A DNA stretch of 64,000 nucleotides from an uncultured bacterium (GTDB taxonomy: Bacteria; Bacteroidota; Ignavibacteria; UBA10030; BY39), in NCBI GenBank assembly GCA_937967455.1, contig CALCJK010000018.1, positions 70,293 to 134,292 on the forward strand. The letters are read 5' to 3'. Below, piece after piece: positions 1 to 11,303 of the stretch (the first letter of the stretch is position 1; every line of letters starts with the position of its first letter). Under the pieces are notes generated by a model. It did no database searches, was not told the origin of the DNA, and worked only from the letters and a program-made list of their open reading frames with translations. Both the position numbers and the translations under genes were made by a program.

Positions 1-129
1 ATTTTTAGATTTACATTTAGGGCATATCAGACGAGGTGGAAATGCAATATAACCACAAGATGTGCATTTACCTGCCTCAAGACGATAACGCTGTGGTATT
101 TCTCTTTGATATCTTGCTACGTTTTTCAT
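1..129 (-). CDS. DUF35 Zn-ribbon/OB-fold protein (partial; runs off the window start)
   Basis: Manual translation [43 protein letters not shown]; CxxC..FPPR..CPxC is the DUF35 N-terminus; ATG overlaps the thiolase stop (ATGA). Missing from the ORF track. Confidence 0.85.
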   Translation of the reverse strand, partial: MKNVARYQREIPQRYRLEAGKCTSCGYIAFPPRLICPKCKSKN

Positions 130-1277
130 TTTCCCTCCAATATATGAATTACACAACTTGCACCAGTACCGCCCATATTTTGTGTCATACCGATTCGAGC
201 ATTTTTAACCTGCCTTGCACCTGCTTTCCCTAAGAGCTGTTCATAAACTTCAATTATCTGTGCTATACCTGTGGCACCAACTGGATGACCTTTTGCTTTG
301 AGACCACCACTCGTGTTGATTGCTATTTTACCACTTTCTATTGAAGTTAGTCCATTTTCCACCGCTTCACCACCTTTACCTTTTTCAAAGAAACCTAAAT
401 CTTCGCTGACTAATATCTCTGCTATTGTGAAGCAATCATGGACTTCAACTAAATTTACATCTTTAGGTTTTATACCTGCCATACGATAAGCTTTTTCCGC
501 TGCCTTTACAACCGAACCAAGTGTTGTAAAGCTTTCTCTACTATGTAATGCGATTGTATCAGAAGCTTGTGCAGATGCTATGACTTTCACAAAATCTTTT
601 TTGATATTCTTTGCTACTTCGACGGATGCTACAATTACTGCCGCTGCACCGTCAGTCACTGGAGAACAATCTAACAATCTCAATGGATCTGCAACCATAG
701 TTGAATTCATAACCTGTTCGGGGGTAATTTCAAAGCCGAATTGTGCATTTGGATTTTTTGAACCGTTACGATGATTTTTAATGGCAACATCTGAAAGCTG
801 TTTCCTGGTGGTACCAAATTGATGCATATGGGCTTTGGCAATCAAAGCATATAAACCTGGGAATGTTATACCTTGATAGACTTCGTATTCTTGATCCGCT
901 GCAGTAGCAAGAGCAGCCGTCACGTCTTCAGCGTCGGTCATTTTCTCTACACCACCAGCTAAAACTATGTTACTTGCACCTGAAGCAACTTCCAGAAATG
1001 CTTGACGAAAAGCTGCACCACCAGATGCACATGCCGACTCTACACGAGTTGCAGGAATAGGTGTTATACCAAGATAATCAGCCATTAGTGCACCTATGTG
1101 TTCTTGTTCAACAAACAAACCAGGCGACATAGATCCGATATACATCGAATCTATATACTCAACTCCAGCATCTTCTATTGCTTTTAAAGCAGCTTCAACA
1201 AAAATATCTCTTATTGATTTTGTCCAGAGCTCGCCAAATTTTGTCATGCCAGCTCCAATTATAACTACGTCTCTCAT
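126..1277 (-). CDS. Thiolase (acetyl-CoA C-acetyltransferase), archaeal/SCP2-like type
   Basis: RVESACASG catalytic Cys, [16 protein letters not shown]-terminal QNMGG. Confidence 0.9.
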   Translation of the reverse strand: MRDVVIIGAGMTKFGELWTKSIRDIFVEAALKAIEDAGVEYIDSMYIGSMSPGLFVEQEHIGALMADYLGITPIPATRVESACASGGAAFRQAFLEVASGASNIVLAGGVEKMTDAEDVTAALATAADQEYEVYQGITFPGLYALIAKAHMHQFGTTRKQLSDVAIKNHRNGSKNPNAQFGFEITPEQVMNSTMVADPLRLLDCSPVTDGAAAVIVASVEVAKNIKKDFVKVIASAQASDTIALHSRESFTTLGSVVKAAEKAYRMAGIKPKDVNLVEVHDCFTIAEILVSEDLGFFEKGKGGEAVENGLTSIESGKIAINTSGGLKAKGHPVGATGIAQIIEVYEQLLGKAGARQVKNARIGMTQNMGGTGASCVIHILEGK

Positions 1278-1286
1278 AATTCCCTC

Positions 1287-2333
1287 CTACTCATTTAATT
1301 TTATTTTCTTACGGAATTTTGCGTACTCGCCGTAGTTCAAATATATCTTGTTATTATTCAGCAAATCTCTAACTTTAGGAGCAAGATTTTGAACCTTCGG
1401 TAATTCATCAGTTGCTTTGAAGATAAACCCGTCGCTTCCAGCACCAGAACCAAACGAAACCATGAAAATCAAGTCTCCAGGCTTAGCTTCATCTAATATC
1501 GCTGCTAAACCAGTAGGTGATGATCCTGAATATGTGTTTCCCATCCATGGAACTATCCATCCTACTTCCAATTGTTCTTTAGTGAAGCCAAGTTTCTTTC
1601 CGACTTCCTGTGGAAACTTTCCGTTTGGCATATGGAAAACGGCGTGTTTAAAATCTTTTGGAGAGAGTCTCGATTTTTCCAGTAACGCTTTGCCAGCTCC
1701 AATAATATGTTTGAAATAAGCTGGTTCACCTGTAAATCGTCCAGCATGGCGAGGATAAAATTCACCTTCACGACGCCAGAAATCAGGTGTATCTGTTGTG
1801 AACGAATGTGTAAATAATACTTCTGCAATAACTTTATCCTTACCCATGATGTATGCTGTTCCACCAGCTGCAGTTGAATATTCAAGAGCATCACCTGGTG
1901 CACCCTGTGAAGTATCAGTGCCAATACCTAAAGCATACTTCATCTCTCCAGCTTTTACATGACTGTAAGCAACATACATTGCTTCACTACCAGCCTTACA
2001 AGCAAATTCATAACTCGCAACATGAACATGAGGTCCGATACCAAGTGCATCAACCAAAGTTGCACCACTTGGTTTTACAGCATAAGGATGGGACTCTGAT
2101 CCAATATATACAGCTCCTATCTCTTGTGGATTAATTCTGGCTCTCTTAAGTGCATTCTTTGCAGCTTCTACAGATATTGTAATTGTATCCTCATCCTGAC
2201 CCGGTACTGTTTTTTCATTTAACAATAATCCTCTTTTTATCGATTCAGGATCGCTGCCCCATTGTAGAGCTATTGTCTCAGACTTGATCCTGTACCTGGG
2301 CAAATATGCCCCATATCCTACTATTCCAATCAT
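1287..2333 (-). CDS. Hydroxymethylglutaryl-CoA synthase, archaeal type
   Basis: GIVGYGAYLPRYRI, GSESHPYAVKP, EFACKAG, FHMPNGKFP, GNTYSGSS, SFGSGAGSD; start moved to ATG 2333 behind an AAGGAG RBS. Confidence 0.88.
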   Translation of the reverse strand: MIGIVGYGAYLPRYRIKSETIALQWGSDPESIKRGLLLNEKTVPGQDEDTITISVEAAKNALKRARINPQEIGAVYIGSESHPYAVKPSGATLVDALGIGPHVHVASYEFACKAGSEAMYVAYSHVKAGEMKYALGIGTDTSQGAPGDALEYSTAAGGTAYIMGKDKVIAEVLFTHSFTTDTPDFWRREGEFYPRHAGRFTGEPAYFKHIIGAGKALLEKSRLSPKDFKHAVFHMPNGKFPQEVGKKLGFTKEQLEVGWIVPWMGNTYSGSSPTGLAAILDEAKPGDLIFMVSFGSGAGSDGFIFKATDELPKVQNLAPKVRDLLNNNKIYLNYGEYAKFRKKIKLNE

Positions 2334-2379
2334 AAGAACTCCTTTTAACTTGTTGATATGACTTTTGTTAATTATTTTT

Positions 2380-4146
2380 TTATTTTTCAATTTTAATATG
2401 AAGTTCACGAAGTTGTTCTTCGTCAACTTCAGAAGGTGAATCGTCCATTAACGACATTGCACTCGTAGTTTTGGGAAAAGCAATAACATCGCGAATGGAT
2501 TTTTGTCCAGTAAGTAACATAACAATTCTATCAAATCCAAATGCAATTCCACCGTGTGGTGGTGCCCCGTATTTAAAAGAATCCAGCAAAAAGCCAAATT
2601 TCTTTTGTGCTTCGGCCTCTGAAATACCTAATAAAGAAAACATTTTATTTTGTAATTCTCTATTAAAAATTCTTATACTTCCACCTGCAATTTCATTCCC
2701 ATTTAGAACAAGATCATATGCACGAGCTCGAACCTTCTCAGGATTTTTATCCAGCAATTCAAGATCCTCAAACTTAGGAGATGTAAATGGATGGTGTACA
2801 GCAATGTAACGTGACTCATCCGGATTATATTCAAGTAATGGAAAATCAATCACCCAGAGCAATTCATATTTGTTTGGATCAATTAAATTCTGTCTGTTTG
2901 CAATTTCAATTCTCAATGCACCCAAAATATTATATACCTTTTTGTATTCATCAGCTACAATTAAAATAAGGTCCCCCACTTTAGCATTAATTCTACTTAC
3001 TATTGAATCAAGAACATCTTTTGAAATATATTTTGAAGCAGGTGAATCTATTCCCTTTTCAGTTATTTTCATCCAGATTAATCCACCTCCGCCAAGTTTC
3101 TTGACAAATTCTGTAATATTATCTATTTGACTACGGCTATAATGAGCGCAACTTGGAGCAACAATTCCTGCAACAATCTCACCTTTTTCTATTGTATCCT
3201 TGAAAACCTTAAATTCAGTATTGGACAATATATCATTTAAATATTTAATACTTAAATCAAATCTCAGATCTGGTTTATCCGTACCGTATTTCTCAATTGC
3301 ATCTTTATATGTTAAAATTTTGAAAGGTGTTTTAATACTAATTCCTTTAATCTCTTCAAACATTTTTACAATTAACCCTTCAACCAATTTAAATATATCA
3401 CCCTCATCTACAAACGACATTTCAACATCGATTTGTGTAAATTCTGGTTGTCGATCAGCTCTCAAATCTTCATCACGGAAACACTTTGCAATCTGGAAAT
3501 ATCTATCAAATCCAGCCACCATCAGTATTTGTTTGTATGTTTGTGGCGATTGTGGAAGAGCATAGAACTTACCTGGATGTACTCTGCTCGGGACAAGGTA
3601 GTCTCTGGCACCTTCCGGTGTACTTTTCATTAAAATTGGGGTCTCAATTTCAACGAAACCATTCTCATCAAAATATTTTCTGGTTAATTGATATAACCGA
3701 TGACGGGTTAACAAATTTCTTTGCAATGTCTGCCGTCTCAAATCAAGATATCGATATTTTAAGCGGATTTCTTCACTGATATCAATATTATCTTCTATTT
3801 GGAAAGGAGGAGTTTCAGATTTATTAATAATATTTAGTTCATTTGCAATTAATTCTATTTCTCCCGTTGTAATTTCATTATTTTCCTGTCCAGGAGGTCT
3901 TCTTTTCACAATCCCAGTAACAGAAATAACAAATTCGCTTCTGAGTGCACTTGCTAATTCATGCAAAGATTTATTCTCTTGAGGATTAAAAACAACTTGA
4001 GTTTTACCATATCGATCACGAATATAAATGAAAATTATTCCACCAAGGTCTCTGCGACTGTCAACCCAGCCGTTTAAAGTAACAAATTGGTCGAGATGTT
4101 GTAAGTTTAATTCACCACAGGTATGTGTTCTTTTTTTATATATCAT
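2380..4146 (-). CDS. aspS: Aspartate--tRNA ligase
   Basis: RTHTCGEL, STPEGARDY, LPQSPQ, FRDEDLRADRQPEFTQID, GAPPHGGIAFGFDR, VIAFPKT. Confidence 0.97.
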   Translation of the reverse strand: MIYKKRTHTCGELNLQHLDQFVTLNGWVDSRRDLGGIIFIYIRDRYGKTQVVFNPQENKSLHELASALRSEFVISVTGIVKRRPPGQENNEITTGEIELIANELNIINKSETPPFQIEDNIDISEEIRLKYRYLDLRRQTLQRNLLTRHRLYQLTRKYFDENGFVEIETPILMKSTPEGARDYLVPSRVHPGKFYALPQSPQTYKQILMVAGFDRYFQIAKCFRDEDLRADRQPEFTQIDVEMSFVDEGDIFKLVEGLIVKMFEEIKGISIKTPFKILTYKDAIEKYGTDKPDLRFDLSIKYLNDILSNTEFKVFKDTIEKGEIVAGIVAPSCAHYSRSQIDNITEFVKKLGGGGLIWMKITEKGIDSPASKYISKDVLDSIVSRINAKVGDLILIVADEYKKVYNILGALRIEIANRQNLIDPNKYELLWVIDFPLLEYNPDESRYIAVHHPFTSPKFEDLELLDKNPEKVRARAYDLVLNGNEIAGGSIRIFNRELQNKMFSLLGISEAEAQKKFGFLLDSFKYGAPPHGGIAFGFDRIVMLLTGQKSIRDVIAFPKTTSAMSLMDDSPSEVDEEQLRELHIKIEK

Positions 4147-4281
4147 TGAAAATTTTTAAGAATTAAGATGCTCAAGCAATATAACAAATAGAGCTTACTT
4201 TTGCAAAAATATATATTGGTTGTATTTTTCAAATTTTTTTCTATATTTAACTAGAATTTTAAAAAAATTGAGAGTTCAAAA

Positions 4282-5181
4282 ATGGACAACTCTGAAATAG
4301 AACGGATAATTCAGCTTGTTTTAAAGGATTACGCACCTGAGAAACTAAAAATCTCCTCAAATAATTCTACCTGTAAAGATGGTGTATGTACAGATGGGCT
4401 TTGTGTAATACATAACAAAGCTGGCGTCAAGAATATAGTTGATAAAGGTGCAAGTAGAATTTCGGCCAGTATTGGCGTCGAGGCTGCTGGTGGAGTCGAA
4501 AATGAATTAGCCCGAATGATTGATCATACCTTATTAAAACCAGAAGCAACAGTTGAACAAATTACACAATTATGCTTGGAGGCAAAAAAATATAATTTTG
4601 CAAGTGTTTGTGTTAATCCCTCATATGTTCCGTTATGTGCTAAGCTTCTGAAAGATACGCCTGTAAAAGTTTGTACTGTAATTGGATTCCCACTTGGTGC
4701 AACTTCAACAAAAGCTAAAGCATACGAAACAGAACAAGCCATAGAAGATGGGGCTACAGAAGTAGATATGGTTATAAACATTGGAATGCTTAAATCCGGA
4801 TTGTACGATTATGTCGAAAACGACATTTTTGCTGTCGTGAGTGCTGCTAAACGAAATAATGTATTAGTGAAAGTTATAATCGAAACAGCACTTCTTACAG
4901 ATGAAGAAAAAGTTAAAGCCTGTTTACTTGCGAAAAGAGCTGGAGCCGACTTTGTTAAAACTTCAACTGGATTTTCAAAAGGTGGCGCAACAGCAGGAGA
5001 TATTGCATTGATGAGAAAAGTAGTTGGTAGTGCTATGGGAGTTAAAGCCTCTGGTGGTGTTCGCACCAGAGAAGAAGCTTTACAAATGGTACAATCTGGA
5101 GCTGATCGAATTGGTGCTAGTGCAAGCGTGAAAATTATAAGCTCTGAAAAAGATACGAAAAAAAGTTCAGAAATGTATTAA
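4282..5181 (+). CDS. deoC: Deoxyribose-phosphate aldolase with ~75-aa N-terminal extension
   Basis: [40 protein letters not shown]. Confidence 0.93.
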   Translation: MDNSEIERIIQLVLKDYAPEKLKISSNNSTCKDGVCTDGLCVIHNKAGVKNIVDKGASRISASIGVEAAGGVENELARMIDHTLLKPEATVEQITQLCLEAKKYNFASVCVNPSYVPLCAKLLKDTPVKVCTVIGFPLGATSTKAKAYETEQAIEDGATEVDMVINIGMLKSGLYDYVENDIFAVVSAAKRNNVLVKVIIETALLTDEEKVKACLLAKRAGADFVKTSTGFSKGGATAGDIALMRKVVGSAMGVKASGGVRTREEALQMVQSGADRIGASASVKIISSEKDTKKSSEMY

Positions 5182-5645
5182 TGAGAAACTTAATCCTTAT
5201 CATACCATTTCTAATTCTAAGTTGTGCATCTCAAAAGGATGCAAGCAAAATCGAATCAGGGCATGATAATCCATTCTCAGAATTTGAAAAATCGTTCAAT
5301 CCATCTGATTACGACGAGGAAATCAAGATTGAAGAAAAGAAAAAAGAAAATATTGAAATAAAACCAAAGGAAAAAATCAACCAGGAAATCCTAAATGGTT
5401 TTAGAATCCAGATTACTATGACTAAAGAAATTACAGAAGCTAATACAATTAAAAATGATTTAATTGCACTTTTCCCTGAACAAAATGTTTATGTAATTTT
5501 TGAAGCACCTTATTATAAGGTTAGGTTAGGAGATTTTCTGGATAGAGAATCTGCTAATAATTTTTTACCCAATCTAATAGACAAAGGTTTTAAAAGCGCC
5601 TGGGTTGTACCTGATAAAGTTGTGAAAAATATATATCCAAAATAA
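5181..5645 (+). CDS. SPOR-domain lipoprotein
   Basis: Lipobox ILSC; C-terminal GFRIQI...PYYKVRLGDF..R..A......KGF.SAWVV. Confidence 0.8.
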   Translation: MRNLILIIPFLILSCASQKDASKIESGHDNPFSEFEKSFNPSDYDEEIKIEEKKKENIEIKPKEKINQEILNGFRIQITMTKEITEANTIKNDLIALFPEQNVYVIFEAPYYKVRLGDFLDRESANNFLPNLIDKGFKSAWVVPDKVVKNIYPK

Positions 5646-5674
5646 ATTACAATTCTTTAATTACTTATTGTTTC

Positions 5675-7372
5675 CTAAAATTTTATTGATACATTTTCAA
5701 TAGGCCAACGTGCTCTTAAATTAATCGTATCAGGATATACAGTAAAAATTTCTGAATGTACAAATGGTTTAATCCTTCCAAAGTCGTACTTCATATTCCC
5801 ATTTTTATCAGAAAATGCTTCTAAAATATATTTGCCCTCCGGAATATCATTAAACACAAATTCACCTGTATCGTTGGGTTTAGTCTCCATAATTTTTTGT
5901 CTAATTTTGTTGACCTCAAAAATTTCTATAATTACATTTTTATAATCCAGATTAATTGTTTTGCCTATTACCTTACCATTTATTGAACTCAATTTGTTTT
6001 TATCAATTGTTGAGAATTCCAAAATAATTGTACTATCTTTAATTGAATTACCAAAGATATCTATTAATGAGTCTAAATCAATTTTTACTTTGTATTTCAT
6101 TTTACTTTTAAGATTTTCTATAGGTAAAAATTTTACCTTTAGTTTTGTTTCCCATACGAAATTACCTGGCACATCATTTCCAGCAGAGTCCAGAAGGTGA
6201 AAACCATTCACAAAACTATTTTGAATTATTTCCTCATTAAATGAGACTAAAAAATATTTATTCATCATAACATTATTTTCATTGTTTTTTATATTTTGAA
6301 ACTCAAAATACGGGGCAATTGTATCATTGATTATCGAGCCATAAAATTCAATTTGATTTTTCTCCGGAATTATTTCGTTCCCTGCAGTATCACAGATTTT
6401 ATATGTTGTTAGTTTATATTTAATACTATCCTGACTATTAGTATACAATAGAAAAGTATTTGGTTTAATTAAAAAGTAAGAATTTACTTGTAAAGAATTA
6501 AAATTTAAAATATCAGAAATAAAAAATTCTGCAGAATCTTTAACCGGTTCGCTAAGTACTATTTGGATTTGGTGTTTATTTAATGATTTTACATTTGATA
6601 TAAAAGGTGGGGTTGTATCTTCCAAAGTAATTCTGAAGTTTAAGTTATTAAAAAAAGTAATCGAATCTTGTAGTAAAACATCAAACTGTGCTGTACCATA
6701 CTGATCCACCTGTGCATCATATATTAAATTATTATAAACATCCCTTATCGCAAACAGCCTATATTTTCCCGTGCCAAGATACTTTAAACTAAATGATCCA
6801 TCTTTAGATGTTTGAGAAAGGTAATCAGGTTTTGTGTGAGTTAGATCTATTGTATCCGATTGTCGGTCTAAAATCTTAAATGCAAAAATTTTTATTGCTT
6901 CAGGTTTTTCAGAATAAACTTTTCCAGTTATATAACATGAATCGATACTCTCTCCTGTTGAAAATGGAAGTGAAAATGTTTCAGCTAAATTATTTCCTCT
7001 TCTATCTTTTGCACTTGTTCCAACAATTAATACATAGGTTGTATTATCTCTGAGTTTTCCTTCGAAAGATATCTCGAGTTCTTTACCACTCCAATCAAAT
7101 TCCAGTGTACCCAGATCAGGCGAAACAAAAATAGCTTCTTGAACACTTCTTTGATCCATATATTTATCAAATTCCAGAAAAATTTTATTTTTCCTGAAAA
7201 AAGTCGAATTGAGCATTGGGTCGGAGTAAATGATATTAGGTGATGTCGTATCTATCGGTCCTCCTGGAGGTGGATATTGACCAGCACATCTAAACAGCAT
7301 GAAAATCAAGAAAGCTACGCAAGAAATTGAAAAAAGATTTGGAGTAAAGTTCCCAATTTTAATTTTTTTCAT
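5675..7372 (-). CDS. Ig-like (Big_5) domain lipoprotein
   Basis: CAGQYPPPGGPIDTTSP start typical of this Bacteroidota family; DTTPP/DTIAP linkers. Confidence 0.7.
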   Translation of the reverse strand: MKKIKIGNFTPNLFSISCVAFLIFMLFRCAGQYPPPGGPIDTTSPNIIYSDPMLNSTFFRKNKIFLEFDKYMDQRSVQEAIFVSPDLGTLEFDWSGKELEISFEGKLRDNTTYVLIVGTSAKDRRGNNLAETFSLPFSTGESIDSCYITGKVYSEKPEAIKIFAFKILDRQSDTIDLTHTKPDYLSQTSKDGSFSLKYLGTGKYRLFAIRDVYNNLIYDAQVDQYGTAQFDVLLQDSITFFNNLNFRITLEDTTPPFISNVKSLNKHQIQIVLSEPVKDSAEFFISDILNFNSLQVNSYFLIKPNTFLLYTNSQDSIKYKLTTYKICDTAGNEIIPEKNQIEFYGSIINDTIAPYFEFQNIKNNENNVMMNKYFLVSFNEEIIQNSFVNGFHLLDSAGNDVPGNFVWETKLKVKFLPIENLKSKMKYKVKIDLDSLIDIFGNSIKDSTIILEFSTIDKNKLSSINGKVIGKTINLDYKNVIIEIFEVNKIRQKIMETKPNDTGEFVFNDIPEGKYILEAFSDKNGNMKYDFGRIKPFVHSEIFTVYPDTINLRARWPIENVSIKF

Positions 7373-8387
7373 TATTTCCCTTTATACTATTTCTCAACTT
7401 TCTATAGTTATTTACATTTTTTAAATGTTCCGAGTAAGTACGACTAAAGATATGTCCTTCATTTCCTGAGGCAACAAAGTATAGGTAATTATGTTTAGCA
7501 GGATAAAGTGCAGCTAAAATTGCTGCTTTACCGGGATTATTAATTGGGGTTGGCGGTAGCCCTACATAACGATAAGTGTTATATGGAGAATCAATTTTTA
7601 AATCTTTGTATTTTAACAATCTAGGACCATCCTCAAGTACATATTGAATAGTTGGGTCTGCCTGTAATAACATTTTCTTTTTTAAGCGATTGTAATATAC
7701 TCCGGCAATTGTTGCCTTTTCAGAATCAATTTTTGTTTCACCTTCAACAATCGAGGCTATTGTTAGGACTTCATTTATGGATAAACCAAGAATGCTTGCC
7801 CTTTTTTGAAGTGTATCATTATAAACTTTCCAGAACTGTTGCAATAGTCTTTCTATTACTTCTTCTTCTTCAGGTTGCCAGTAAAATTGATAAGTGTCAG
7901 GCATAAGATAACCTTCGAGTGAGATAGCATTGATACCTTGTTTTTTTACAAAACTTTCATCATAGACGAGTTTCACATATTTAGCTGAATCAATATCTAA
8001 TTCTCTCGAGAGTATTCGAGCCTGTGCACGCGCAGTTAAACCCTCAGGTATTGTTACATCAATCTGCATTGCCGACTCACCAGTTTGTAAACATTTTAAA
8101 ACATCTGAATTTGTCATTTTCCCATGAAATAAATATTTACCAACTTTAATTTCTCTATCCATTTTTTTTATTTTTCCAGCAAGTGCAAACAGAAATTTAT
8201 TTTTAATAATACCGTTGGCTTTAAGAGAATCTACAACTTGAGAAAAATTCATACCCTTAGATACTTTAAAAATCTTTTCCCCTTCGAAGCCCAATTTTGC
8301 TTCAAATGCTAAATAATAAAACCCAGCGATCAAAATTATTAAAAGCGCAGTTATAAATGCAATAAATTTTTTTAATGCTTTTTTCAT
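7359..8387 (-). CDS. mltG: Endolytic murein transglycosylase MltG
   Basis: VTIPEG, LEGYLMPDTY, ASIVEGE, LQADPT, SPYNTY, GLPPTPINNPG. Confidence 0.93.
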   Translation of the reverse strand: MKKALKKFIAFITALLIILIAGFYYLAFEAKLGFEGEKIFKVSKGMNFSQVVDSLKANGIIKNKFLFALAGKIKKMDREIKVGKYLFHGKMTNSDVLKCLQTGESAMQIDVTIPEGLTARAQARILSRELDIDSAKYVKLVYDESFVKKQGINAISLEGYLMPDTYQFYWQPEEEEVIERLLQQFWKVYNDTLQKRASILGLSINEVLTIASIVEGETKIDSEKATIAGVYYNRLKKKMLLQADPTIQYVLEDGPRLLKYKDLKIDSPYNTYRYVGLPPTPINNPGKAAILAALYPAKHNYLYFVASGNEGHIFSRTYSEHLKNVNNYRKLRNSIKGNNEKN

Positions 8388-10195
8388 CTTAAATTCTCAA
8401 TTAATTGTTTCGCTCCTAAATGGTTTGGATTCAAACGCAAAGTGTTTTCAAAAAACACCTTCGCTTTATTATTTTCTCTCAATAACATAAAAATTTTACC
8501 AATCAAAAAGTTTGTCCAATCCAAATTTGGATAAAAATTAATAGATTGATTTAACAATAACAAAGCTCTTTGAATATCGCCTGTCATAAGTAAATATTCA
8601 GCTTCTTCATTAATTCTAACAATATTTTGTGGTACGAAATCTGAATTATCAGTATACTCAAATACCTCCATTACTTCAGGTGTTTTTTCATTGGTTGTAA
8701 ATATCGGGTATTGATTACCAATATGGAACCAGTTTCTAAGTGTTGCTATATGTGTAACTTTTTTTGAACTTAAAAATTTCTTTAATCGATCAAAACTCCC
8801 AATATTGGGTATCATCTCCGGGCTGATGAGCCCCACCATATCAACTACCTGTAATTTCGAATAAAAAGCAATTGCGCCAATATCATGAGTTGCAACAATA
8901 GATTGTGGAGATAGATTTTTATTCAACCATTTACCAGTTATTATTTGACGATCATGGATATATTTAACATCATCAATATAAATTTTAATAAAGTTGATAG
9001 ATGCGTATAAAAATTGAAGTGTAATGATGATAGTTATTACCAATACTAAAAACATGTATTTATAATAATTTTTGATACTCTCAATTTTTTTTTGAATCAA
9101 ATTCATGGTAATCACAATACCATATATGCCCATTATTAGATATGCTGGAAAAATTGGAAATAAGTATCTACCTTTCTGATATAAGTAAGGCAGAAATAAT
9201 CCATAAGCCAATATAATTCCTAATAACCAGAAAGTATAAATTAGCTTTCCATTTTGCTTACGATTCAAAATTTCATAAAGAACAACTAAGATTCCAATAA
9301 CACTGAATAAACTTAATATTATCAGTTCATTTTCAGTAAATAAATTGTATACCTGAGTTATATAATTAACATTACCCCCTGAATAATATTTTATCTTAGC
9401 AGAAAATGTATTTGGAAACAACGTTCCTGATAAACTTAAATTGAAAACAAAATATGAGATTAATAATAAAACAAAAATTATTAAACCAGTTTTAAACTGT
9501 TTGTTCTTGAAAATAAATTCATTATTGTTTAATTTTTTGTTAAGCAAATATTTTTTATAGAGCAAATCAATAAAAAGTACTCCGTAAAAGATCAAAGCTT
9601 CTGGTCTTACCCATAATAAAATTCCCGCAAATACAGAGAAAATTAACCAGCTATTTTTTTTATAATAATAAATTGCTCCAAGCAGAAAAAATAATACCGT
9701 AGTAGTTTCCATACCAGATAAGGCAGCCCATTGAATTTTCCACATAAATGCGAAAAGAATGGTTCCGAAAATTGTAATCAAGAAGGAATCTTGAAATTCT
9801 AACCTCAAAATATTATAGAAATAAATTATCGAACCTATAAAAAAAATAATTCCCAAGCAGTAACTTAGGATAAACTCATTACTTGTGAAGAAAAATCCTA
9901 TAGACAACAAAAAAGTATAAAAAGGTGCTGTAGAACCAGAGGTAATATTCAAATCTTTAAAGTACGAAAATTTACCATATTCATTTAAATTTTTAGCAAA
10001 CTGAAGGTGAATCCATGGATCATCAAGTGGAAATGAAAAATAACCATTTATATGTAAGGATTTCAAAAGTACAAAAATTAGATATAACAAAGAAAGAAGT
10101 AATACTAAAAAAAATAAAGCCTTTTGGGCTTTTGGGGTTATTTTTAGATCATAAATCAGGCGTTGAGAAATTTGAGGTCTTGCAACTTTTTTCAT
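8384..10195 (-). CDS. Polytopic membrane protein (GT-C-like glycosyltransferase) with C-terminal TPR
   Basis: LDDPWIH, SGMET, RPEAL, PNTFSAK motifs; many TM segments; TPR-like end. Confidence 0.55.
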   Translation of the reverse strand: MKKVARPQISQRLIYDLKITPKAQKALFFLVLLLSLLYLIFVLLKSLHINGYFSFPLDDPWIHLQFAKNLNEYGKFSYFKDLNITSGSTAPFYTFLLSIGFFFTSNEFILSYCLGIIFFIGSIIYFYNILRLEFQDSFLITIFGTILFAFMWKIQWAALSGMETTTVLFFLLGAIYYYKKNSWLIFSVFAGILLWVRPEALIFYGVLFIDLLYKKYLLNKKLNNNEFIFKNKQFKTGLIIFVLLLISYFVFNLSLSGTLFPNTFSAKIKYYSGGNVNYITQVYNLFTENELIILSLFSVIGILVVLYEILNRKQNGKLIYTFWLLGIILAYGLFLPYLYQKGRYLFPIFPAYLIMGIYGIVITMNLIQKKIESIKNYYKYMFLVLVITIIITLQFLYASINFIKIYIDDVKYIHDRQIITGKWLNKNLSPQSIVATHDIGAIAFYSKLQVVDMVGLISPEMIPNIGSFDRLKKFLSSKKVTHIATLRNWFHIGNQYPIFTTNEKTPEVMEVFEYTDNSDFVPQNIVRINEEAEYLLMTGDIQRALLLLNQSINFYPNLDWTNFLIGKIFMLLRENNKAKVFFENTLRLNPNHLGAKQLIENLR

Positions 10196-10196
10196 C

Positions 10197-11222
10197 TCAG
10201 AATTCCTGAATACTTAAATTAGCTTTTGCGTTTAGGTCAAATGAAGATCTAATTTTTCTCTCAAGTAACATCTCACCAACGAGAGCCACCATTGCTCCAT
10301 TATCTGTACAATATTCAAAATCTGGTATGAACACACGGATATTTTTTTCTTGCCCAATTTTTAAAAGTTGACGGCGGAGTTCAGAATTAGCTGATACACC
10401 ACCAGATACAGCAATATTTTTGACTTGAAATTTTTCTGCAGCCATAAAGGTTTTACTAATCAAAACCTCAACAATTGCTGCTTGAAAACTTGCGCAAAGA
10501 TTTTTCATCTCATCTTCAGGCATTTTTCTTTCGTACGATCCTGATAAATAATTTCTTTTCTTCAGCCAATATAAAACTGATGTTTTAATTCCACTGAAAC
10601 TAAATTCAAATCCTTCTTTATCAAGGTATGCTCTTGGAAATTTTACAAAATTCGGATCTCCTTCAGAAGCAAGTTTATCAATCTTTGGTCCACCTGGAAA
10701 ACCGAGACCAAGCATTTTAGCAACTTTATCATATGCTTCCCCAGCAGCATCATCAAGAGTTTCACCAAGTAATCTATGCTCAAGAGGTTTCTCAACATAC
10801 ACTAATTGAGTATGCCCACCAGAAACAATCAAGCAAATGAATGGATAATCAGGTTTATAATCACCCAAAAAGTTAGAATAAAGATGCGCATGCATATGGT
10901 TTACACCAACAAATGGAATTCTTAATTGATATGCGAGTGCTTTTGTAAAATTTAACCCAACCATTAAGGCACCAATAAGACCCGGACCATAAGTTACTGC
11001 CAGTCCTTCAATTTCACTTAAATTGGTGTTTGCCACCTGCAGTGCTTGTTCAACCACAGGAATAATCATTTTCTGGTGAGCACGTGAAGCCAATTCTGGA
11101 ACAACTCCACCATATTTTTGATGAATCATTTGTGAAGAAATAATATTTGATAGTATCTTACCATTGCTTAATACTGATGCAGATGTTTCGTCACAAGATG
11201 TTTCAATTCCAAGTATCTTCAT
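10197..11222 (-). CDS. tsaD: tRNA N6-adenosine threonylcarbamoyltransferase
   Basis: MKILGIETSCDETS, GGVVPELASRAH, NHMHAH, VSGGHT, DDAAGEAYDK, CTDNGAM. Confidence 0.96.
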   Translation of the reverse strand: MKILGIETSCDETSASVLSNGKILSNIISSQMIHQKYGGVVPELASRAHQKMIIPVVEQALQVANTNLSEIEGLAVTYGPGLIGALMVGLNFTKALAYQLRIPFVGVNHMHAHLYSNFLGDYKPDYPFICLIVSGGHTQLVYVEKPLEHRLLGETLDDAAGEAYDKVAKMLGLGFPGGPKIDKLASEGDPNFVKFPRAYLDKEGFEFSFSGIKTSVLYWLKKRNYLSGSYERKMPEDEMKNLCASFQAAIVEVLISKTFMAAEKFQVKNIAVSGGVSANSELRRQLLKIGQEKNIRVFIPDFEYCTDNGAMVALVGEMLLERKIRSSFDLNAKANLSIQEF

Positions 11223-11303
11223 ATACATAAAATAAGCAATTTTTGTATATACTTGCAACCTATTTTAAATTTTTTTATTTTATATAAAAATTTGGGAAAA
11301 TTT

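Noticed and set aside
2334..2426. Extended N-termini given by the ORF track (HMG-CoA synthase; similarly tsaD, panD, archease, gcvPB)
   Set aside because: Family motifs and RBS positions support downstream ATG starts.
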